Positions 8,405 to 16,403 of a stretch of DNA of 64,000 bases are shown here, one piece after another. The translations under genes and the position numbers were made by a program. The notes beneath the pieces were generated by a model. That model did not search any database. It saw only the letters and a list, made by a program, of their open reading frames with translations, and was not told the origin of the DNA. Source of the DNA: an uncultured delta proteobacterium (GTDB lineage: Bacteria; Desulfobacterota; Binatia; Binatales; Binataceae); assembly GCA_963711565.1 (NCBI GenBank), contig CAVQEQ010000003.1, positions 416,654 to 480,653 on the forward strand, written 5' to 3'. The number at the start of each line of letters is the position of its first letter. Position 1 is the first letter of the stretch.

Positions 8405-9649
8405 ATGGAATCGTGGTTTAACAAGGCAAGATTCGGGATGTTCATTCATTGGGGGCATTGCAGCCAGCGCGGGCTCGAGCTGTCGTGGCCGCTGGTCGGC
8501 GGCGTCGGCGCGCTGCCGAACGGCCAAAGCGTCGGCGTGGACGAGTATCACTCGACCGCCAGGACGTTTAACCCTACCAGGTGGGATGCGCGCGAGCTGG
8601 CGCGAATGGCCAAGCGCGCCGGTATGCAGTACGCCGTTCTGACTAGCAAGCACCACGACGGTTACTCACTATTCCATACCAAGTATTCTGACTATTCGAT
8701 TGAGCATTCACCGTTCAAGCGCGATATAGTTCGTGAATATACAGATGCGTTCCGCGCCGAAGGTCTGAGAGTCGGACTGTACTACTCACTTATCGACTGG
8801 CACCATCCCGACTATCCGACGTTTCTGGAATCGGACAAGCCCTACAAGTGGGGAGCATGGCGCCGCTCGTCACCCGAGCAGTGGAATCGGTTCATCGAGT
8901 TCATGTTCGCCCAGATACGCGAGCTGCTGACCAACTATGGCAAGATCGACCTGCTGTGGTTCGATGGCGGATGGGAACGCACGCCCGAAGAATGGAAATC
9001 GCGCGAGTTCGTCGAGATGATCCACTCACTCCAGCCCGAGGTCGTCATCAACGATCGCATCCCCGGTTACGGCGACTACCAGACTCCTGAACAGGCAGTA
9101 CCTCCCAAGCCTCCTGAGGGTCCGTGGGAAACCTGCCTGACGATTAACAATAGCTGGGGTTACAATCCATCTGACAAGGATCTCAAATCGACGCGCGCGC
9201 TGATTCATACGCTGTGCGAAGTGGCCGGCAAGGGCGGGAACCTACTGCTCAACGTCAGCCCGATGGGCGACGGCTCGCTGCCGGCCGAACATGTCGAGCG
9301 GCTCGAAGCGATCGGCGACTGGATGGCGCGCAACGGCGAGGCGATCGTCGGCACCGACCCCGGCCTCGAGCCGTGGCAGTTCTACGGGCCGTCGACGCGC
9401 CGCGGCAATCGTGTGTATCTGCACGTCCTGATGAAACCGTACGAGTCGGTCTCGGTGCGCGGCGTGAAGGTGAAGCACGTCGGCGACGCGCGTCCATTGT
9501 CCAGTACAATCTCGCTCAAAGTCCGCAAGCGAGTATCCGCGGCCGATAGTCTGTTCAATCACGATCCGATTGGCGAGCTCGTGATCGCAACGCCCGACAG
9601 CGCGCTCGATTCGATGGCGACAGTCATCGCCGTCGATTTCCAGCGATAG
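8405..9649 (+). CDS. Alpha-L-fucosidase (GH29)
   Basis: FGMFIHWG, SKHHDGYSLF, GLYYSLIDW and LWFDGGW are hallmark GH29 motifs. Confidence 0.85.
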   Translation: MESWFNKARFGMFIHWGHCSQRGLELSWPLVGGVGALPNGQSVGVDEYHSTARTFNPTRWDARELARMAKRAGMQYAVLTSKHHDGYSLFHTKYSDYSIEHSPFKRDIVREYTDAFRAEGLRVGLYYSLIDWHHPDYPTFLESDKPYKWGAWRRSSPEQWNRFIEFMFAQIRELLTNYGKIDLLWFDGGWERTPEEWKSREFVEMIHSLQPEVVINDRIPGYGDYQTPEQAVPPKPPEGPWETCLTINNSWGYNPSDKDLKSTRALIHTLCEVAGKGGNLLLNVSPMGDGSLPAEHVERLEAIGDWMARNGEAIVGTDPGLEPWQFYGPSTRRGNRVYLHVLMKPYESVSVRGVKVKHVGDARPLSSTISLKVRKRVSAADSLFNHDPIGELVIATPDSALDSMATVIAVDFQR

Positions 9650-9660
9650 TCAGTCGAGGT

Positions 9661-11691
9661 TCACGGCGCAGCGGTGATGCTCCACATATATGGCTTGCCG
9701 TTGACCGTCATGTTAACGCGGTAGGTCTGTCCCGCGGAGAGCGGATCGCGCACCATCATAACTGCCTCGCCGAAGAATCGGAGCACCTCGCGGCCATGCG
9801 CCTGAGTGCCGGGGTCGGGATTGGCATAGGTTTGAAAATCGTAGGGGCAGGTTCCGACTCTCGTTCCCGCCGCCGCGCCTGAGGTCTGAATCAGGGAAGC
9901 ATCGGTGAGCGTCGCCGGCATGTTGATGCCGACCTGGATGGTAATTGCGGGCGCGTTGTTCGGATACCCGGGACAGTTCGATATGGGGCTGGGCCATTCA
10001 CCGCCAAATCCGCTCGGCTTGACGGTCGCACCGTCGGGCGGAATCTGGATCGGCGTTGCGTACGGATGCCCGCCGGGGAGCGAGGACTTGAGATCGCTGC
10101 GCCAATCGAGCGACGAGGCGCAAACCTTTTCGTCGCAGTACTCGCCAAATCCAACCTGGCGCAAGTCGGGGTTGACGAGCGACGGGCGATGGAACGGTCC
10201 CGCGATCCAGAACTCGATTGCCCTGGTCATTCGCTGCTCGGCGGTAAACTTCTGCGGGCCCTGGAACATGACGTTGCTGGCGCGCGCGGCTTTGATGCCG
10301 TCGGGGGTATAGCCGGGCTTCGATTCATCCTCCGTATGCATGAGAGCGCCGATGTTCACGCCGGCGGCCAGCATCGGCCCATAGTTCATCACCAGATATT
10401 TCGCGTGATCCCTGCAGCCCTGACTCAGCGCGGGATCCTCTTCCACCGGCTGCAGCTTGAGGAGCGTGCGATAGAGGTTCACGATCGTCAGCCAATTCGC
10501 GCCCGCACCCGTGGTGGACGTCTCAGGGGTAGCTTCTGCCGCCGGCAAAGATGGCGCCGCAATGAACGCCGGAATCTTCGATACTGCCGGCGACGTGGCC
10601 GGCGCGGGCATCGCGCGACGCGGTAGCGCACTTCGATGCGCGGCGGGCCGCACAGGCTTCGGTGCGGGTGTCGCGACCGGTGCCTGCGTGGGGAAGCTCG
10701 CGCTCGCGCTGAAAGTGGTCTCCAACGTCTGCGCGGCGGTGAAGCTCCATGCGTAGGTCACGTCGTTGGCCGTGATCGAAACCTGGTAGCGCGAGCCTGG
10801 CCGCAGAGGAGCGCGCGGCACCAGCACGATCGCGCCGGCGTTGCGCAAGCTCCAGCGACCGTACTCCTGCTCCGTCGGATTCGGATTGCGATAGCCGGGC
10901 GCGTCGAAGGCGCAGAACTCAATCGGCTTGCCGTCTTCGGTCAGGGAATCATTGGTGAGCCTGGTCTGCACCAGCCGTCCCATCTGCAATGTGATCGGAA
11001 GCCCGACCGGGCGTTCGTAACCACTGCAGCTCGCGAGCGCGTCGGGCACCTCGAGCCCGATCCATTCCAGCGCTATGTCGGCTCCCTCGGGAGGAAATTC
11101 GACGGCGCGCCGATACGGCTTCACGTCCTCCGGCGGCGGCGGCAACCGCAGCGCGGCCACCCAGCATCCGTCTTCCGCGGCTTCGCCGTAGCCAACGTCG
11201 CCAAGGTAGGGATCGAGCATCGGCAGCCGGTGAAACGGTCCCTCGAGCCAGCGATCGATCTGCTGCGCGGCATCGTACGTGCTGCATCCCCATGCGATTT
11301 GAAGATTCTGCGCCACACCGGCGCCTTCGACAGAGTATCCGCTTGTGCCGGGCTTCTCTTCGTATGCGTCAGCGGGTATCGGCTGGGCGCCGCGGATGTT
11401 GTCGGCGAAATTCAGCATCAGGTAGTGCGCATGAGCGGTGACGGCCGCGCTCAGCCGGGAATTGTCGCGAATCGGATGCAGCCCGTTGCTGCCGCGATAG
11501 AAGTTGATGCGTTCGAGCCAGGTCATCGGCGATGCGCTTGCCGCCGCGACCGGAGCGGGCGCGGCAATCGCCGTCGATGCCGCCACGGGTGCCGGGGCGA
11601 CTGCGATGCTACTGGCGTGCGCCACAGGGGACGGCGGAATCGTCGCGGCCAGCGATGGAGGCGCGGCCGGAGCCGGCGCGTACAGCAACAA
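9661..11691 (-). CDS. Extracytoplasmic protein with two tandem [CAP/SCP-like + beta-rich] units. Probably the C-terminal part of a longer FHA-TM protein (see 11609-12187).
   Basis: There are two repeats of W(L)xRxNxYR...H(A)xYL...GPFHR(P/L)...G(F/Y)G, each followed by a roughly 130 aa domain ending in ...Y.W(S)(I/F)TAA. The N-terminus is an Ala/Pro linker with no signal peptide of its own. Confidence 0.6.
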   Translation of the reverse strand: MLLYAPAPAAPPSLAATIPPSPVAHASSIAVAPAPVAASTAIAAPAPVAAASASPMTWLERINFYRGSNGLHPIRDNSRLSAAVTAHAHYLMLNFADNIRGAQPIPADAYEEKPGTSGYSVEGAGVAQNLQIAWGCSTYDAAQQIDRWLEGPFHRLPMLDPYLGDVGYGEAAEDGCWVAALRLPPPPEDVKPYRRAVEFPPEGADIALEWIGLEVPDALASCSGYERPVGLPITLQMGRLVQTRLTNDSLTEDGKPIEFCAFDAPGYRNPNPTEQEYGRWSLRNAGAIVLVPRAPLRPGSRYQVSITANDVTYAWSFTAAQTLETTFSASASFPTQAPVATPAPKPVRPAAHRSALPRRAMPAPATSPAVSKIPAFIAAPSLPAAEATPETSTTGAGANWLTIVNLYRTLLKLQPVEEDPALSQGCRDHAKYLVMNYGPMLAAGVNIGALMHTEDESKPGYTPDGIKAARASNVMFQGPQKFTAEQRMTRAIEFWIAGPFHRPSLVNPDLRQVGFGEYCDEKVCASSLDWRSDLKSSLPGGHPYATPIQIPPDGATVKPSGFGGEWPSPISNCPGYPNNAPAITIQVGINMPATLTDASLIQTSGAAAGTRVGTCPYDFQTYANPDPGTQAHGREVLRFFGEAVMMVRDPLSAGQTYRVNMTVNGKPYMWSITAAP

Positions 11692-12187
11692 TATTCGGCG
11701 GCTCGCTATGCTTCGGCGCAGGATTCGGTTTCACCAACGCGACAATCTTCGAGAGGGTCGCAACCGAAACCAGTCCCCACTTCTCGAAACGATCCGCCGA
11801 TACAATCGCGATCAGAATCGCGACCAGCGCCCCCACGCGCAGAATGCGCCGCCGGCGTCGCCGCTTCTGCGCATCCGGATCGATGAATCGATACGGCGGC
11901 GCGCCGCCGAAACGCAACACGTCACCGTGCTTGAGCCGCTGCGTCCGGCGAATCCGATTACCATTGACGAACGTGCCCGGCCCGAACTTGAGATCGGCCA
12001 GGTAGTAGCGGCCGCGCGAGTATCTGATGATCGCATGGCGAACCGCGACGTTCGGATCCGCGACGTGCAGCTTCGAGCCTTCGGCGCTGCCGATCGACGC
12101 TTCGCCGCGGGTCAGCATGAGCAGCCGAGTGCCCGGCGCCTCGCGATCCACCGCCAGCAGTCGCGCCGCTTGCGGCCGCTTCAACAC
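11609..12187 (-). CDS. FHA domain protein with one transmembrane helix (N-terminal part of a split gene?)
   Basis: FHA core SIGSAEGSKLHVADPNVAVRHAII...YYLADLKFGPGTFVNGNRI...GDVLRFG, then an RRRRRR stop-transfer segment and the TM helix ILRVGALVAILIAIV. It overlaps the next ORF by 83 nt in another frame. Confidence 0.75.
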   Translation of the reverse strand: MLKRPQAARLLAVDREAPGTRLLMLTRGEASIGSAEGSKLHVADPNVAVRHAIIRYSRGRYYLADLKFGPGTFVNGNRIRRTQRLKHGDVLRFGGAPPYRFIDPDAQKRRRRRRILRVGALVAILIAIVSADRFEKWGLVSVATLSKIVALVKPNPAPKHSEPPNIVAVRAGSGRASIAGRDDSAVPCGARQ

Positions 12188-12228
12188 TTGCGGCTACCCT
12201 CGCGCGCGACGCTCAAGCTTGCAGTCAT

Positions 12229-12627
12229 TCAGAAGACGAACGCGTTACCCTTCGATACGGGCGCGGTGGGAGTCTCGGTGCAGTACGGCGGATCGCCGGT
12301 CGCATTGCTAGCCGCCCTGTCCGCCAGCAGCTTCGCGAGATCCTTTTGGCAGTTATTATGGTCGGTCTGGTAGTAGCGATATCGGGTGGTTTTGATCGAC
12401 TGGTCCGGCGGCAGGACCAAGACTGGCCCGCTCACTTTTGAAGCTTCCTCGGGCGTCATTCCCATATCGGTAAGACTTATCGGCGCGGGAGGCGTTTTGG
12501 ATTTCCAGATCGGCACCCCGGGCAAGCCCACCGATTGCAAGTTGCCCTGCTGATCCTCGGTCCACGAAAAACATCCGGCGAGTGCGCAATAGCAGATCGC
12601 CAGCACCACTAAAAGGGCGCGCTTCAA
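12229..12627 (-). CDS. Hypothetical lipoprotein
   Basis: Signal peptide with lipobox MKRALLVVLAICYCALAGC. No family was recognised. Confidence 0.55.
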   Translation of the reverse strand: MKRALLVVLAICYCALAGCFSWTEDQQGNLQSVGLPGVPIWKSKTPPAPISLTDMGMTPEEASKVSGPVLVLPPDQSIKTTRYRYYQTDHNNCQKDLAKLLADRAASNATGDPPYCTETPTAPVSKGNAFVF

Positions 12628-12700
12628 GAAAACCGTAACCCCCTCTCGATCATCCGCAACAAATCGACCTGATGACTAGCGGTCAGCGGACGCAACTACA

Positions 12701-14134
12701 TCACGGACCGATGGCGAAAGTCCAGCCGTACTGCTTGCCGTTCGCGGTCATCGACACCGCGTACTTCGCGCCCTTGTCCAGGGGTTCGCGCGGAATCACG
12801 ACGACCGTGCCATAAGACTTCAGAACGTTGCGGCCTAAGTCTTGTGAGTATGCATCGGGATTCGAGTAGCTAGTCGAATCGATACCGCATGCTTCCACCG
12901 CCGAACGGCTGCCGTCGGCGTTTACCCGCGCGAGTGAGTATTGACTGAGATGCGTGTCTATCCAGTCACCGAGCTGAAGTGTAATAGCCACTCCGCTGGG
13001 CTGCTCGTAGCCGGAACAGCTCGTGCGCGGGTCGGGCCATTCGTTTTCGAACGATCTGATGGCGACGGTCCCGCCATCGGGAGGAAACTCGACCGGTCCG
13101 ATGCCCGCCGGCGCCTTGCCCTGCGAACCCTTCAACAGGTTGAGTCCCGCCGCGCACGCCTCCGACTCGCAGTAGAGTCCGAAGCCGGCGCTGGTCAGCC
13201 GCGGATTGAGTATCGGCATGCGATGGAAGGGCAGCGCCATCCATCCGTCGATCGACCAGGTCGGCGAGCCCCATCCTTTCGGGTCAACGCCGGCGGACTC
13301 GCCCCGCATCGACCACACATCCATGTCGCTGGACTTGGCCGCTTCGAGTCCCGCAGGCGTGAAGTTCGGCTTCCCCGGATCCTCCGTATGCATCTCGGCG
13401 CCGAGACCACCTCCACCCGCGATCGCGTCGTGGTGGTTCTTGACTATATACATCGCATGCGCGCGGTCACCTTCGCTCAGCGCTGCGTCTTCGACGATCG
13501 GCGGCAACATCGCCATCGCGCGGTAGTAGTTCACTCGCGCGAGCCATTCCGGCTCGATAGATGCGGCAGTGGCAGACGACGGCGTCGTTGAACCGATCGC
13601 TGATTCCGCGCCGGCTGCAGGTACCGACTGAGTGCTGGCCGCCGAAGGCGCGGAACTGGACTGGTGCGGCGAAATCCCCGGGACGATTTCCGAGGTGGCC
13701 GATCTGATTTCGGTGCGATAGCGGGCGGCGGCGAATCCCGCGATGAACATCAGCATCACAATCAGAAATCCACGACGCATGCGCCGCGGCACCGAGGCGG
13801 GGTCCAGAGAGAAGCGCGCGGAGCCGAACCTGATCTCGTCGCCACTCTTCACCGCGATCGGCTTTCGCACCTGGCGGCCGTTGACGAACGTGCCGTTGGT
13901 CGAGCCGAGGTCCGCCAGCTCGAAGCCGCCGGGCTTGCGCGTAATCGTGGCGTGGCGGCGCGATACCGTCGTGTCGTCGAGCACCACGTCGTTCGACGGA
14001 TGAGTGCCAATAGCTATTGACGGCTTGTCGAGTGAGTATTCGCGCGCGCGCGAACTGCCTATTGTAACGAGCCGGCTGCGCGCACCGGTGTTCTCAGTCG
14101 GTACCTTGTCGGCGGCGCCCTGCTTTGGCGGCAT
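12701..14134 (-). CDS. FHA - TM - CAP/SCP-like - beta-rich domain protein
   Basis: FHA core IAIGTHPSNDVVLDDTTVSRRHATI...LADLGSTNGTFVNGRQV...GDEIRFG, TM helix FLIVMLMFIAGFAAA, a Ser/Ala linker, then WLARVNYYR...HAMYIV...PFHRMPILNP...GFGLY. It is a paralogue of 9661-12187. Confidence 0.7.
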   Translation of the reverse strand: MPPKQGAADKVPTENTGARSRLVTIGSSRAREYSLDKPSIAIGTHPSNDVVLDDTTVSRRHATITRKPGGFELADLGSTNGTFVNGRQVRKPIAVKSGDEIRFGSARFSLDPASVPRRMRRGFLIVMLMFIAGFAAARYRTEIRSATSEIVPGISPHQSSSAPSAASTQSVPAAGAESAIGSTTPSSATAASIEPEWLARVNYYRAMAMLPPIVEDAALSEGDRAHAMYIVKNHHDAIAGGGGLGAEMHTEDPGKPNFTPAGLEAAKSSDMDVWSMRGESAGVDPKGWGSPTWSIDGWMALPFHRMPILNPRLTSAGFGLYCESEACAAGLNLLKGSQGKAPAGIGPVEFPPDGGTVAIRSFENEWPDPRTSCSGYEQPSGVAITLQLGDWIDTHLSQYSLARVNADGSRSAVEACGIDSTSYSNPDAYSQDLGRNVLKSYGTVVVIPREPLDKGAKYAVSMTANGKQYGWTFAIGP

Positions 14135-14142
14135 CGATCGTC

Positions 14143-15186
14143 CTAGCCCAGGTTCCAGAAACGCCCGACATTCTGCGCCGCTCGCTCGATCATCGGCATC
14201 ACCCGGTCGCCGCCGTCGTCGGGCCGAATCGGCTCATCGGCGTCGCGGCCGAATTCGTCGATCACCGCGCGTCCCGACTCCGCGATCGCTTCGAGGTCGT
14301 AGCCGCCTTCGAGCGCCGCGACCATCCTCCCGCCGCAGCATTCCGCCGCGAGCCGCTTCACCCGCCGTGCCATCGCTCCGAATCCCGCCTCTGTAACGCG
14401 CATCTGCGCGAGCTCATCGCGGAAATGCGCATCGAAACCCGACGAGACGAGTATGAACTCGGGATTGAAATGGCGTCCGATCGGCACGATCAATCGATCG
14501 AACACCCGAAGATACTCGGCGTCGCCGAATTCCGCCGGCATCGGCAAGTTGACGGTGAATCCCACCCCCGCGCCGTATCCGATCTCGTGGAGCGAGCCGG
14601 TGCCGGGGTAATGCGGAAACTGATGCGTGGAAACGTAGAGCACTTCGGGCGATTCGTAAAATATGTCCTGCAAGCCGTTGCCATGATGGACGTCCCAATC
14701 GACGATCATCACGCGCTTGAGGCCGCGAGATTCGATTAGCCACTTCGCCGCAATTGCAACATTGTTGAAGAAGCAAAACCCCATCGCGCGATTAGGCAGT
14801 GCGTGATGTCCCGGCGGACGGACAATAGCAAATCCATTAGCTACTGCTCCGTCCATCACCGCCTCGACTGCGGTAAGTACTCCGCCCGCCGACAGCAGCG
14901 CGGTCTCGTAGGTATCGCGCGAGCTATGCGTATCCGGGTCGAAGTCGAACCGGTCGAGCGACGCCGTCCGCGCGACGGTCGCGATGTAGTCAGGCGTATG
15001 GCAGCTCTCTATTTCCTCTGGCGTCGCGTCGCGCGGCGTCATGAATTTCAAATCCGGGCGCCTCAGCGACTCCGCCATCTCGATCATCACCTCGGCGCGC
15101 TGGGGACGCTCCGGATGCGCCCGGCCGGCGAAGTGTTTCAGGTAGCGGCGATCCGCGACGACCCCGGTCTTAAGCATCGTTGACAC
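14143..15186 (-). CDS. Histone deacetylase-family (HDAC/AcuC-like) amidohydrolase
   Basis: RPPGHHA, FCFFNNVAIAA, DWDVHHGNG and HQFPHYPGTG motifs. Confidence 0.9.
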   Translation of the reverse strand: MSTMLKTGVVADRRYLKHFAGRAHPERPQRAEVMIEMAESLRRPDLKFMTPRDATPEEIESCHTPDYIATVARTASLDRFDFDPDTHSSRDTYETALLSAGGVLTAVEAVMDGAVANGFAIVRPPGHHALPNRAMGFCFFNNVAIAAKWLIESRGLKRVMIVDWDVHHGNGLQDIFYESPEVLYVSTHQFPHYPGTGSLHEIGYGAGVGFTVNLPMPAEFGDAEYLRVFDRLIVPIGRHFNPEFILVSSGFDAHFRDELAQMRVTEAGFGAMARRVKRLAAECCGGRMVAALEGGYDLEAIAESGRAVIDEFGRDADEPIRPDDGGDRVMPMIERAAQNVGRFWNLG

Positions 15187-15286
15187 CCCAGTCGGGTATA
15201 ATGATTAACTGGCATGGAGCGATTGCGCGGAGTTTTTCCGCGCCTCGCGAAATCATCGAGTTGCGCTCGCAAGCGGTCATCGAAGT

Positions 15287-15541
15287 TTGCCTGATCTTTT
15301 TGAAATAGCTCTCATCCTCGCGATCGCGCTGATCGTAGTCGGCCCCGAACGCCTGCCCGAGGTTATGCGCACGGTAGGAAAAGTTTTGCGCGAGCTGCGC
15401 CTGGCTAGCAACACCGTCCTCCACGAATTGACCGAAGTGCTCGACGAGCCGCAGGCGGCGCCGCTGGCCAAGGTGCCTCCAATCGCGACCACCGCGCCTA
15501 AGTCCGAGCTGCCGGCCACTCCGCCGACCGAGAAAACATAG
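15287..15541 (+). CDS. Twin-arginine translocase TatA/TatB-family subunit
   Basis: N-terminal TM helix + hinge: FEIALILAIALIVVGPERLPE, followed by an amphipathic helix. It has a TTG start and lies immediately upstream of tatC. Confidence 0.8.
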   Translation: MPDLFEIALILAIALIVVGPERLPEVMRTVGKVLRELRLASNTVLHELTEVLDEPQAAPLAKVPPIATTAPKSELPATPPTEKT

Positions 15542-15557
15542 CCGGTCATCCTGCACT

Positions 15558-16376
15558 GTGACTAGCGAGGATATCACACCGCCAGCGGCCATCGAGGCGA
15601 CGCCCGAGCAGGCGCGGATGTCGCTCATCGAGCATCTACAGGAGCTGCGTACTCGGCTGATTCGCGCCTTCATCGCCATCGGCCTCGGCTTCATCCTCGC
15701 GTATGCGATTGCCGATCCGCTCTTTCACATGCTGACATGGCCGATTCGCGAAGTCTCCGGCGGCAAGGTGCTGTTGATCGGTACGGGCGTCGGCGAGGCA
15801 TTCTATACCAAGATTAAAGTCGCGCTAATCGCCGGACTGTTCATCGCCAGCCCCGCGGTATTTTACGAAATCTGGAAATTCATCGCGCCGGGTTTGTACG
15901 AAACCGAACGCAGGATGGCGAAGCCGTTCGTCTTTTTTGCGACGCTGTTCTTTGTGCTCGGCGGATACTTCTGCTGGGCGGTTGTGTTCAAGATCGGTTA
16001 CGCGTTCTTTCTCGACCAATACGCGAGCATCGGCGTCACTCCCACAATTCGCATCAGCGAATATCTGGCGTTCTCGGCCAAGCTGCTACTCGCGTTCGCG
16101 CTGACGTTCGAGATGCCCATCTTCGCGTTCTTTTTCACCAAGCTCGGCATGATCGACTACAAGATGATGTTCAGCTACTGGCGCTATGCAATCCTCGCCA
16201 TCTTCATCGTCTCCGCGGCGCTGACTCCGCCCGACATGGTCTCGCAGTTCCTGCTGGCGATTCCGCTGCTGCTGTTGTACGCAATCAGTGTCGGCGTCGC
16301 CTGGATGTTCCGAATCGAGCCCGCGGAAAAATCCGCCGCGACGACCCCAAAACCGCAACAACCCGAAATCGTCTGA
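15558..16376 (+). CDS. tatC: Twin-arginine translocase subunit TatC
   Basis: MSLIEHLQELRTRLI signature with six predicted TM segments. The start is either the GTG at 15558 or the ATG at 15618. Confidence 0.92.
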   Translation: MTSEDITPPAAIEATPEQARMSLIEHLQELRTRLIRAFIAIGLGFILAYAIADPLFHMLTWPIREVSGGKVLLIGTGVGEAFYTKIKVALIAGLFIASPAVFYEIWKFIAPGLYETERRMAKPFVFFATLFFVLGGYFCWAVVFKIGYAFFLDQYASIGVTPTIRISEYLAFSAKLLLAFALTFEMPIFAFFFTKLGMIDYKMMFSYWRYAILAIFIVSAALTPPDMVSQFLLAIPLLLLYAISVGVAWMFRIEPAEKSAATTPKPQQPEIV

Positions 16377-16403
16377 ACGCGGAGCGAGGCGAACAGAGGC
16401 CCC

